This document shows positions 27,556-35,538 of a DNA stretch of 64,000 bases, piece after piece; position 1 is the stretch's first letter; each line of letters starts with the position of its first letter. The stretch lies in the NCBI GenBank assembly GCA_002923315.1, contig BEHM01000001.1:56506-120505 (forward strand), given 5' to 3'. The position numbers were made by a program, and so were the translations under genes. The DNA is from a bacterium HR10 (lineage in GTDB: Bacteria; Acidobacteriota; Blastocatellia; HR10). The notes beneath the pieces were generated by a model that saw only the letters and a list, made by a program, of their open reading frames with translations, was not told the DNA's origin and made no database searches.

Positions 27556-28248
27556 TCACCCCTCGGCTGGATGCGGGCTGCGCAGGAATGTTCGGGTGAA
27601 CTCCTCCCAACTGGCTTCATCCAGAGCCTCCAGGACGCCATCGGTCCACTGCCCGCCGTCCTGCAGGACGTGTCCGAGAGCCGCCTGCGGCATCGGCCGC
27701 CACGTGAGGAACTCCTTGAAGCGTTCGATCTCGCACTGGAGCCACGCCCGAGCTTCCTCGGCGACCAGCAGATGGCGTAAGTGCGCCGCCAGGTTCTTCG
27801 GCGTCAGCGTGCAGATCCATCCATCTTCGTACGGATCCATTCGCCCCGTCTCTGGCTGGCGCATGAGGATCTCATTGACCGCGCTCACCACTCCATCGAG
27901 CGGGGCGCGGAAGACGGCCCGTCGGCCCCCCTGCGTGATGGCGAAGAGCGGATCACCCCGCCGCACCATGACGCCGACTTTCGGCAAGTCCACGGCATCC
28001 ACGCGCCCGATGGCTCGACGCGCGAACTCATCCATGCCGACGAATGTCCGTCCGCTCGGTTCCAGGCGCACCCACGTGTGCCCTTCGTCCAGGAAGAGAC
28101 CGGCAGGGATGGAGACGGTCTCGAAGGCGAGCGTCGGACGCAGCGCCGGTCGCCTCACGGGACGTCCCTGTCGGGCCTCAGCCCATTGGACGACGGAATC
28201 CACGAGGATGAATCCGATGATCGTGAGAATGACAAAGAGAGCGACCAT
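27556..28248 (-). CDS. membrane-anchored glycine-cleavage-H-like (GcvH-fold) protein without the lipoyl-lysine
   Basis: It has an N-terminal TM (MVALFVILTIIGFILV). The GcvH-like core reads HTWVRLE...VGMDEFA...VDLPKVG...PYEDGWICTL. The position aligned to the lipoyl-Lys (ESVKA in GcvH) reads TQGGRRA. A strong RBS (GGAGGTGA) precedes the start. Confidence 0.6.
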   Translation of the reverse strand: MVALFVILTIIGFILVDSVVQWAEARQGRPVRRPALRPTLAFETVSIPAGLFLDEGHTWVRLEPSGRTFVGMDEFARRAIGRVDAVDLPKVGVMVRRGDPLFAITQGGRRAVFRAPLDGVVSAVNEILMRQPETGRMDPYEDGWICTLTPKNLAAHLRHLLVAEEARAWLQCEIERFKEFLTWRPMPQAALGHVLQDGGQWTDGVLEALDEASWEEFTRTFLRSPHPAEG

Positions 28249-28251
28249 AGT

Positions 28252-29184
28252 TCACCTCCTCTCCGGAGATCGCCTCCGAGGCGCACTCACCGTGCGCCCG
28301 ATCCGTGGCTGCAAGAACCGCGCGATCACCTGTTCCCATCGCGCGGGACCAAGGACTTCCATGAGCGATTCCATCGCAGCCCGCGTCAGCATCTCCTGCG
28401 CCGTGCACTCCCCTTCAAGGGGAACGCCCCCATCTTGGAGCGTGCGGCCTGCGGCAGAGACTTCTGGGGGCGTCCCCAAAGCGCGCAAGGCCGCGCGAAC
28501 CGCTCGGTGCAGCTTCGAAACTTCCCGCTCATACCAAGAACGCGCCTGCTCCCCATAGAGCAGGTGCTTCAAACTCTCCCGCAAACGTTCCGGTCGCAAC
28601 AGTAGCAGCCATCCGTCCCCATACGGATCGTGATTGATGAGGGAGGGGTATCGCGTGAGCCGCTCGTTGAGCTGAAGGATGACACCCGTCAGAGGAGCGG
28701 ACAGAATGATCTCCCCGGCCTGATGCGCCAGCTTACCCAGCGGGCGTCCGGCGATCACGCGCGCGCCCACTTCCGGAAAGCTCACCTGATAAATCCGCCC
28801 GAGGAGCTTCTGTCCGAAATCATCCAGTCCGATTCGCACGTCCCCCCGCCGCTCGATGCGCGCCCACACATGCGTCGGATGGTAGAAGAGCGCCTCCGCC
28901 ATGTGGAAGCCACCTCGGCTGAAGAGGCGGTGAGACGCCGTGCGCTCACCGTGAGATCGTGAGCTTCCCTCCTCACCGGCGATCTCCCTCGTCCGCTCCC
29001 GAAGGGCGCGGTCAAAAGGGCAATGGTCGCATTCGTAGTCGCGATCGCAAAGTTTGTAGTCCACGATCCCCGCCAACATCCACACGCACTGGAGCACGGG
29101 AGCAGCACCCTCGCGCTCGATGGAGAGCGGATGAGCTCCAGGGCCGGTGGCCTCGGTCGGTCCTCTCGACAGCACCTCGTCCAT
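28252..29184 (-). CDS. GcvH-like protein with an N-terminal Cys-rich motif
   Basis: I chose the start at ATG 29184 (MDEVLSRG), preceded by GGGAGGG. The Cys motif is CVWMLAGIVDYKLCDRDYECDHCPFD, followed by a GcvH-like core (THVWARIE...IGLDDFGQKLLG...HDPYGDGWLLL). The raw ORF start at 29331 is a TTG inside a regulatory palindrome, which is why I rejected it. Confidence 0.55.
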   Translation of the reverse strand: MDEVLSRGPTEATGPGAHPLSIEREGAAPVLQCVWMLAGIVDYKLCDRDYECDHCPFDRALRERTREIAGEEGSSRSHGERTASHRLFSRGGFHMAEALFYHPTHVWARIERRGDVRIGLDDFGQKLLGRIYQVSFPEVGARVIAGRPLGKLAHQAGEIILSAPLTGVILQLNERLTRYPSLINHDPYGDGWLLLLRPERLRESLKHLLYGEQARSWYEREVSKLHRAVRAALRALGTPPEVSAAGRTLQDGGVPLEGECTAQEMLTRAAMESLMEVLGPARWEQVIARFLQPRIGRTVSAPRRRSPERR

Positions 29185-29210
29185 TGTCCCTCCCTCAACT
29201 CTCCCTTGAG

Positions 29211-29226
29211 GGCAATCGATGTGCCG
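29211..29226 (-). promoter_or_regulatory. candidate sigma-54 promoter (minus strand: CGGCAC-ATCGA-TTGCC) for the GcvH-like operon
   Basis: On the minus strand there is GG at -24 and GC at -12 with 5-nt spacing. The predicted TSS is near 29200, about 16 nt before ATG 29184 and spanning its RBS. Confidence 0.4.
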
Positions 29227-29317
29227 CGCGACGTCCTCTCCGGCGGCGTGGAAGTCCTTCGATCCGAAGAACATGCGCGCGCTCTGACCAGTGGCGCGGC
29301 CTTCTCGCGCTGCGTCC

Positions 29318-29332
29318 GTTGAATTCTTCAAC
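29318..29332. promoter_or_regulatory. palindromic operator/enhancer site 1 (GTTGAA-TTC-TTCAAC)
   Basis: A perfect 6-3-6 inverted repeat. The extended 18-bp sequence CGTTGAATTCTTCAACGC is identical to site 3. Confidence 0.45.
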
Positions 29333-29384
29333 GCGAGCCGAGGGCCAGCTGGGGCAAGTCTCAGCGCATCGCGCGCTTAGTCAT

Positions 29385-29399
29385 GTTGAAGAATTCAAC
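29385..29399. promoter_or_regulatory. palindromic operator/enhancer site 2 (GTTGAA-GAA-TTCAAC, the reverse-complement form)
   Basis: A perfect inverted repeat. Its centre is 67 bp from site 1 and 22 bp from site 3. Confidence 0.45.
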
Positions 29400-29406
29400 A
29401 CCTGTC

Positions 29407-29421
29407 GTTGAATTCTTCAAC
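29407..29421. promoter_or_regulatory. palindromic operator/enhancer site 3 (GTTGAA-TTC-TTCAAC)
   Basis: A perfect inverted repeat, about 61 bp upstream of the -24 element of the plus-strand sigma-54 promoter. Confidence 0.45.
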
Positions 29422-29474
29422 GCACGGGGCACTCCTTCCCGGTTTAACTTCAGCAGAATCAATGTCCCTGCCTC

Positions 29475-29490
29475 TGGCATGCGGCTTGCA
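29475..29490 (+). promoter_or_regulatory. sigma-54 promoter TGGCAT-GCGGC-TTGCA for the C_GCAxxG-dihaem gene
   Basis: A near-consensus -24 (TGGCAY) and -12 (TTGCA) with 5-nt spacing. The predicted TSS is near 29500. RBS GGAGGGA lies at 29524-29530 and ATG at 29537. Confidence 0.5.
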
Positions 29491-29536
29491 CGAAGGAAAA
29501 AGCGGAAGTGCTGATCTCATCATGGAGGGATGAGCA

Positions 29537-30340
29537 ATGAGGAAGACGCTGACGCGAAAAGAGTTCCTCACGTTGACGACCAAATGTGCCACATGCGCCG
29601 CCGTCGGTGCAGCTGGGCTGAGCCTCCTCGGAAGGGAAGGGATCGCCCAGATGGATCTTCCGCCGTGGCCGTGGCCCTATCGAAAGCTCGATCCCGAGTA
29701 CGTGCGCAAGCTCGGGCACGAGGGGTATTGGGAGAAAGGATATGGCTGCGCCTATGGCGCTTTCAGAGCCATCATCATCCCATTGCGCGAGGCGGTCGGG
29801 TATCCCTATACGATGATCCCCACGGAGCTCATGATCTGGGGGCACGGGGGCGTCGTCGGATGGGGCGGAACGTGTGGGGCGCTCCTTGGGGCCAGCGCCG
29901 CTATTCAGCTCGTGTGCGATAAGCCGACGGCCGATCGGCTCATCCATGAATTGCAGGGGTGGTACACGCAAGCGCTCCTGCCGACGGACATCAGCAACGA
30001 GTACGCGCAGACAGGGCAGTTCTTCGTCCAGAAGTACACGCGACCACTCCCGCAGAATGCCGCAGGCTCACCCCTGTGTCACATCTCGGTGACCTTGTGG
30101 TGCGAGCGTTCGGGATTCACCGCTTCCTCACTTGAACGCAAAGAGCGCTGCGGCCGGCTCACAGGTGATGTCGCCGCTCGCGCCGTGGAGCTATTGAATC
30201 AATGGGCTGATGGTCAATTCCAGAGCATCTATGTCCCACCGGAGTCCATCGCGACCTGCCTCACGTGTCACGGGGATAAGGGGCTGGACAACGTGAAGGC
30301 CAAGATGAACTGCACGCAGTGCCACGCGCCGCATCCGTGA
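29537..30340 (+). CDS. C_GCAxxG_C_C-family putative redox protein fused to a C-terminal dihaem cytochrome c, with a Tat-like (RK) signal peptide
   Basis: The signal is MRKTLTRKEFLTLTTKCATCAAVGAAG. The family motifs are GYGCAYGAF and GGTCGALLGA. Two CxxCH motifs (CLTCH, CTQCH) sit in the last 40 aa. Confidence 0.65.
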   Translation: MRKTLTRKEFLTLTTKCATCAAVGAAGLSLLGREGIAQMDLPPWPWPYRKLDPEYVRKLGHEGYWEKGYGCAYGAFRAIIIPLREAVGYPYTMIPTELMIWGHGGVVGWGGTCGALLGASAAIQLVCDKPTADRLIHELQGWYTQALLPTDISNEYAQTGQFFVQKYTRPLPQNAAGSPLCHISVTLWCERSGFTASSLERKERCGRLTGDVAARAVELLNQWADGQFQSIYVPPESIATCLTCHGDKGLDNVKAKMNCTQCHAPHP

Positions 30341-30483
30341 GGACGCCGGACGTGGGGCCTCGCGTCTGACGAGGAGTCGGGAGCAGAACCCCCGCCGTTG
30401 AGGCGGCCATCAGCAAGAGGGCATGCAATCGTGAGAGGGCGCTCGCGCCAGGTCGCGGACGAACTCCCGCGGGGCGATCCGCC

Positions 30484-32331
30484 TTAGGAGACTCCTCGAA
30501 CGGGGGGCGCGCTCCCGTTCAGGAGCGCTTCATCGGGGAGCTCCAGTCGGAGCTCTTGGAGGCTTCCGAGCAAAAGCTCACGCACTTCGGCAGAGCGTGA
30601 GGCGGCGAGCGCCTGGCGAACGACCTCGCGCACGCGCGTCAGCTCGCATGCTCGCACGAAGTCCTTGATGAGCGGGATCGCGCGCGGGCGCATGCTCAAG
30701 ATACGGGCTCCCAAACCCAGCAGGACCAGCGCATGCAGCGGATGCGCGGCCATCTCGCCGCAGACTTCAAGGGGGCGGCCTGCGCGCTCGGCCGCCTGGA
30801 TCACGTGCCGCAGAGCGCGCAGCACGGCCGGATGCAGCGGATCATAGAGCGAGGCCACGCGATCGTTATCCCGATCCACCGCCAGCAGGTACTGGATGAG
30901 ATCGTTGGTCCCCAGGCTGAGGAAATCCGCCACGGCAGCCAGCTCATCGGCGAGCCACACGGCGGCAGGCGTCTCGATCATCACGCCCACGGGAAGACGA
31001 TCCGGCGCGGCGATCCCTTCTGCGCGCAGTTCACGGCATGCGGTCTGAAGCAGGTGTCGGACCTGCTCGACTTCCTCCAAACTCGTGATCAGGGGGAGGA
31101 CGAGGCGCAGATTCCCGAAGGCGGCGGCCCGCACGATGGCGCGCAATTGGGTTTTGAGAACCTCCGGCGCGCGCAGCGAGAACCGAATGGCGCGGAGCCC
31201 GAGCGCCGGATTCCGCTCGGGGAGCCATGGCTCCGAAGACTCGGACTCCATCTGCCGGTCGCGCAGCGCATGAAGGGTGCCGAGCGCGGCCATCTGATTT
31301 TCGTCCCAATCCACCGTGCGAATGGCGACCCCGTCGCGCCCGGCCACTTCCGCGGCCTGACGATACGCCTCCAGTTGCAGCTCTTCCGAGGGCAGTTCCG
31401 GAGCTGCCTGCAGGAAGAGAAATTCCGTGCGGAGCAAGCCAATCCCGCATGCGCCGAAACGGTGCAGGTCATCCAATTCAGAGAGACGCTCGATGTTCGC
31501 GCGGATGGTGATCGGAACGCCGTCGCGCGTCATCGTGGGGAGAGGGGCGCGTGCCTGCCATCGGATCCAATGCTGTTCGCGCTCCTGGCGCTGCCGCTCA
31601 TAATGCTGAAGGACATCTGGGGAGGGACGGACGAAGACGAGCCCTCGCGTCCCATCCACGAGGACGAGCGCCTGATCTTCGATCTGCGCGAGCGCCCCAC
31701 GAAGACCCGATACGGCCGGGATGCCCAGCCCACGGGCGAGAATGGCCACGTGCGACGTCCATCCCCCTGTGCCGAGGATCAAGCCCGCGATGCGCTGCGG
31801 ATCGAGTTCCCCAAGCAGGCTTGGCGGGAGCGTCTCGCTCACCAGGACCGCACTCTCCGGAAAGGCGCAGGTGGAGCGGTCCCCCGAGAGCACCCTGAGC
31901 AATCGGTTCGCCACATCTTCGATATCACTGCCACGCTCGCGCAAATCATCGTCCTTGATCTCCGCATAGATGGCCAGGATGCGATCAGTGACCAGTTTCA
32001 CCGCCCATTCGGCGTTGACGGCGTTGGTGCGGATGAGGCTTTCGATCTCGCCGAGGATCCCCGCATCCTCCAACATCAGCACGTGCGCATCCAGGATATA
32101 GGCGTGTTCTTTCCCCAGGGCGTGCTCCATGCGTTGCCGCAGGACGCGCAATTGCTCGCGCGCGATGCCCACGGCCTTGTGGAAGCGGGCCACCTCGGAC
32201 TCGATCTCCTGAGGAGCGAGCCGCCGGCGGAAGATCACTCGTCCGCGCCAAGGCGAGTGCACGGCCGGTCCCCACCCGATCCCCGGCGAGATGCCCAGTC
32301 CGCGGAGTATGATCTCCGAATTCGCCGTCAC
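30484..32331 (-). CDS. ptsI: phosphoenolpyruvate-protein phosphotransferase (PTS enzyme I)
   Basis: Full-length EI similarity, with the active His context GGWTSHVAILARGLGIPAV and a PEP-utilising C-terminal domain. Confidence 0.9.
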   Translation of the reverse strand: MTANSEIILRGLGISPGIGWGPAVHSPWRGRVIFRRRLAPQEIESEVARFHKAVGIAREQLRVLRQRMEHALGKEHAYILDAHVLMLEDAGILGEIESLIRTNAVNAEWAVKLVTDRILAIYAEIKDDDLRERGSDIEDVANRLLRVLSGDRSTCAFPESAVLVSETLPPSLLGELDPQRIAGLILGTGGWTSHVAILARGLGIPAVSGLRGALAQIEDQALVLVDGTRGLVFVRPSPDVLQHYERQRQEREQHWIRWQARAPLPTMTRDGVPITIRANIERLSELDDLHRFGACGIGLLRTEFLFLQAAPELPSEELQLEAYRQAAEVAGRDGVAIRTVDWDENQMAALGTLHALRDRQMESESSEPWLPERNPALGLRAIRFSLRAPEVLKTQLRAIVRAAAFGNLRLVLPLITSLEEVEQVRHLLQTACRELRAEGIAAPDRLPVGVMIETPAAVWLADELAAVADFLSLGTNDLIQYLLAVDRDNDRVASLYDPLHPAVLRALRHVIQAAERAGRPLEVCGEMAAHPLHALVLLGLGARILSMRPRAIPLIKDFVRACELTRVREVVRQALAASRSAEVRELLLGSLQELRLELPDEALLNGSAPPVRGVS

Positions 32332-32618
32332 GATCCCAATCGCTCCTCCTCTTCACCGAATTTCGACTCGATCAACCGGCAGATGGCTTCGATCGCCTCC
32401 ACCTCGTCCTCTCCGGATGTGGTGATGTCCAGATGCGTCCCCGCCGATGCCGCCAGCAGCAGGACGCCGAGGATGCTCTTGGCGTCCGCCGTCTGTCCCG
32501 TATCGGAGCGGGCGAGCGTGATCGCGCTGCGGAACCGATTGGCCGCCTGCACGAGCTTGGCGGCTGCGCGCGCATGCAATCCCAGACGGTTGGCCACCTG
32601 CACCGTTCGTCGCTGCAT
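32328..32618 (-). CDS. ptsH: phosphocarrier protein HPr
   Basis: An His15 context (NRLGLHARAAAKL) and a Ser46 region (GQTADAKSILGVL). Confidence 0.85.
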   Translation of the reverse strand: MQRRTVQVANRLGLHARAAAKLVQAANRFRSAITLARSDTGQTADAKSILGVLLLAASAGTHLDITTSGEDEVEAIEAICRLIESKFGEEEERLGS

Positions 32619-32624
32619 CGCCGG

Positions 32625-33038
32625 CTATCGCTTCGCGGGCGTGAGGATCTCGCTGGCCAAATAGATGTTCTTCTGCCCCTGTTCTTTGACCTTGCGCGCT
32701 ACGGTGAGCAGATCGTCGTTCGGGTCTTGATTGGCGAGCTTGAGAATCATGGGCAGATTGACGCCGGTGACGATCTCCACCGGCTCGACGCCCAGGAAGG
32801 TGGCCGCGATATTGGTCGGCGTTCCTCCGAACATATCCGTCAGCAACAGCACGCCGCGCCCGCTGTTGACCCGCTCGATGGCCCGACGGATCGTCTCGCG
32901 CGCGACCTCCACATCATCATGCCAGCCGATGGAGACGGCCGTGATGTGGCTGATCTGACCGACGATCATCTCCGCGGCGTTCACCAGTTCCGTGGCCAGT
33001 TGTCCATGCGTGATGACGACGCCTCCGATGAGTCCCAT
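32625..33038 (-). CDS. PTS EIIA component, mannose/fructose family
   Basis: The sequence MGLIGGVVITHGQLA...LTDMFGGTP is the EIIA-Man fold with the phosphorylatable His in ITHG. Confidence 0.8.
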   Translation of the reverse strand: MGLIGGVVITHGQLATELVNAAEMIVGQISHITAVSIGWHDDVEVARETIRRAIERVNSGRGVLLLTDMFGGTPTNIAATFLGVEPVEIVTGVNLPMILKLANQDPNDDLLTVARKVKEQGQKNIYLASEILTPAKR

Positions 33039-33173
33039 CCTGCTTCCTCCGGCGTCGGCGAAGCGACGAACCGCTCGCCTCCCCGACGCATGCGCTCGAG
33101 CTCCGTGCCTTCCGTGCTTTCTTATTGTACCTCAAGGCGTCGGCTCGCGTCCTCATCGGGAGCTGCCGTGTGC

Positions 33174-34049
33174 TCAGAGTTTGTCTATATCCCGGTGCGT
33201 GACGCGAAGCTTATAGCCCTCGCGTCGCAGCACCCGCGCCAGCTCCTCGACGATCATCACCGACCGGTGGCGTCCTCCCGTACACCCGATCCCGATCGTC
33301 ACATAGCTTCGTCCCTCGCGCTGGTAACGCGGAAGAAGGAATCGGAGGAGGTTCTCCAGGTGCGCGATGGTCTCCATCGTATCCGGGTGCGCGCGCATGA
33401 AGTCAATGACGCGCGCATCTTGTCCCGAGAGCGGGCGCAGCTCGGGCACAAAGTGCGGGTTCGGCAGGAAGCGGACATCAAAGAGCAGGTCCAATCCCGG
33501 GGGAACGCCATGCTTGAACCCGAAGCTGAGGAGCGTGACCGTCATCTCCAGCAGCGCGTCAGCAGTGCCGAAGCGTTCGATCACGTAGCGGCGCAGCGTG
33601 TGCACCGTGTGCTCGGACGTGTCAATGATGAGGTCGGCGCGAGCGCGGATCTCTTGCAACGCCTCCCGTTCGCGCGCGATGGCCGTGGGCAGGTCCGTCT
33701 CGGCGTCGGCCAGCGGATGCGGACGTCGCGTCTCGGAGAAACGGCGCAGCAGGACCTCGGGGCTCGCCTCGAAGAAGATGATCCGCACGTTGGTCCCTTG
33801 CCGCCGCAACTCGTCGTAGAGGCGGGGGAAATCGGGGAGGAATTGGCGCTCGCGGATGTCAATGACGATGACGGCGCGACGGAGCGTCTCCGCGCTGGCG
33901 CGACACAATTCCACAAAGGGGGGGATCAGGTGAATCGGCAGATTGTCCACGCAGAAATATCCGAGGTCCTCGAAGGCCTTGACCGCCGAGGTCTTCCCCG
34001 AACCGCTCAAGCCTGTGAGGATGAGGATGTGAGGGGAAGCGAAAGCCAT
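33174..34049 (-). CDS. rapZ: RNase adapter protein RapZ (YhbJ)
   Basis: A Walker A (LTGLSGSGKTSA) and C-terminal GCTGGRHRS, the typical RapZ signature. Confidence 0.85.
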   Translation of the reverse strand: MAFASPHILILTGLSGSGKTSAVKAFEDLGYFCVDNLPIHLIPPFVELCRASAETLRRAVIVIDIRERQFLPDFPRLYDELRRQGTNVRIIFFEASPEVLLRRFSETRRPHPLADAETDLPTAIAREREALQEIRARADLIIDTSEHTVHTLRRYVIERFGTADALLEMTVTLLSFGFKHGVPPGLDLLFDVRFLPNPHFVPELRPLSGQDARVIDFMRAHPDTMETIAHLENLLRFLLPRYQREGRSYVTIGIGCTGGRHRSVMIVEELARVLRREGYKLRVTHRDIDKL

Positions 34050-34052
34050 GCG

Positions 34053-35015
34053 TCACGAGGATTCGAGCGCGTCCCCGGCGACCAGCGCATCGTGCGCGCG
34101 CACGAACTGCCGCATCGCATCAATGCCCCGGCGTTTCAACAGGTGATTGCGCACGGCCACCTCGACGAGCGTCGTGAGATTGCGCCAGAACGTGACGGGA
34201 AGGCGAATCAGGGGGATCGAGATGTCCAGCAGGCGGAGCGTCTCCTCCTGCAAGCCCAGGTGGTCATAGTCTCGCTGCGGATCCCAGCGCTCGAACGCGA
34301 TGGCCAGATCCACCGAGGCTTCTTCGGCGAGCGCCGCGACGCCGAACAATTCTCGAATGTCCAGGATGCCGAGCCCCCGGATCTCCATGTGCCCCCGCGC
34401 GCGTTCCGGAGCCAGGCCGATCAACCGATCCGATCCGATGGCGCGCACCTCGACGACATCATCGGCGACGAGCCGATGCCCGCGCTGAATGAGATCGAGC
34501 GCACATTCGCTCTTGCCCAGTCCGGATTCGCCGAGCAGCAATACGCCGACGCCGAAGACCTCGACCAGGACGCCGTGCATCCAGCACCGGGGGGCGAGAA
34601 CCCGCTGCAGAAACTCCGTGAGCTTCAGAATCGCCGTCGAGCTGAGGCGCGAGGAGACCAGGACCGGAACGCGATGCCGCTCGGCCGCGTGGAGGAATTC
34701 CGGCGGGGGGGTGAGCCCCTTGGTCACGAGGACGCACGTGATCGCCTCCCAGGGGAGGTGCTCGATGGCGCGGTGTCGCTCCGCCGGCGAGAGATGGTGC
34801 AGGAAGGTCACCTCGCTCTGCCCCACGATTTGGATCCGCCCCGCGTGCACATAGTGCGTGAATCCCGCCAGCGCCAGCCCGAGCTTTTGAATGCGCGGCG
34901 AGCGGATCGTCCTGGTCACACCCTCAGCGCCGACGATCACGCGCAAGTCCAGATCGGCTGGCGCGCCGGTGAGCAGCTCGGCGACGGTGATCTCGGGCGT
35001 GAGGGGAGCGGTCAT
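34053..35015 (-). CDS. hprK: HPr kinase/phosphorylase
   Basis: I chose the start at MTAPLTPEITVAEL (35015), preceded by GAGGG. It has a Walker A (GESGLGKSE) and the HprK signature LVADD...EIRGLGI. Confidence 0.85.
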   Translation of the reverse strand: MTAPLTPEITVAELLTGAPADLDLRVIVGAEGVTRTIRSPRIQKLGLALAGFTHYVHAGRIQIVGQSEVTFLHHLSPAERHRAIEHLPWEAITCVLVTKGLTPPPEFLHAAERHRVPVLVSSRLSSTAILKLTEFLQRVLAPRCWMHGVLVEVFGVGVLLLGESGLGKSECALDLIQRGHRLVADDVVEVRAIGSDRLIGLAPERARGHMEIRGLGILDIRELFGVAALAEEASVDLAIAFERWDPQRDYDHLGLQEETLRLLDISIPLIRLPVTFWRNLTTLVEVAVRNHLLKRRGIDAMRQFVRAHDALVAGDALESS

Positions 35016-35022
35016 CGCGCCC

Positions 35023-35538
35023 TCAGGGTTCGATGAGTCCGAGGTGACCATCGGTGCGCTTGTAGAGGACGGCCACCCGATCGGTCTCCGCATTGCGGAA
35101 GACGAGGAAGTGATCGTTCGATTTCAAGAGCAGCTCGGCCGCCTCGTCCGGCGTCAAGGGCTTCACCGAATATCGGGGCGTGCGCACGATGCGCACCTCT
35201 GGCGCCGAAGATTCCGCGGGCAACGTCTTCACGAGCTTGCGCGTCGCCCGTCGGCGGGCCGCGAACTTCTCCTTCTGCTTGAGCGTTTGTCGCAGGAGGC
35301 GATCAATGGCCTCGGTGACCGAGCTGTAGAGGTCGTCCGTCTCGGCCGTCCCCGTGAACTGATGATCTCGCCAGGTGACGAGGATCTCCGTCAGGAACCG
35401 ATGCTTCTCAGCAGCGAGGATGACGTGCACCTTGGCCGCGTCATCGAGGACGCGGCCGATCTTCTCCAGTGCCCGCCGAAGGCGCTTCTCGATCGTGGGC
35501 GTCAGCTCCACATTTCGCGTCGTGAGTTCCAGATTCAT
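35023..35538 (-). CDS. hpf: ribosome hibernation promoting factor (long form)
   Basis: The N-terminal sigma-54-modulation-protein fold (MNLELTTRNVELTP...) plus a C-terminal dimerisation extension. Its start overlaps the rpoN stop (ATGA). Confidence 0.85.
   Translation of the reverse strand: MNLELTTRNVELTPTIEKRLRRALEKIGRVLDDAAKVHVILAAEKHRFLTEILVTWRDHQFTGTAETDDLYSSVTEAIDRLLRQTLKQKEKFAARRRATRKLVKTLPAESSAPEVRIVRTPRYSVKPLTPDEAAELLLKSNDHFLVFRNAETDRVAVLYKRTDGHLGLIEP

Noticed and set aside
29329-29331. TTG start codon of the longest ORF for the second GcvH-like gene.
   Set aside because: It lies inside regulatory palindrome 1. The internal ATG at 29184 has a strong GGGAGGG RBS.
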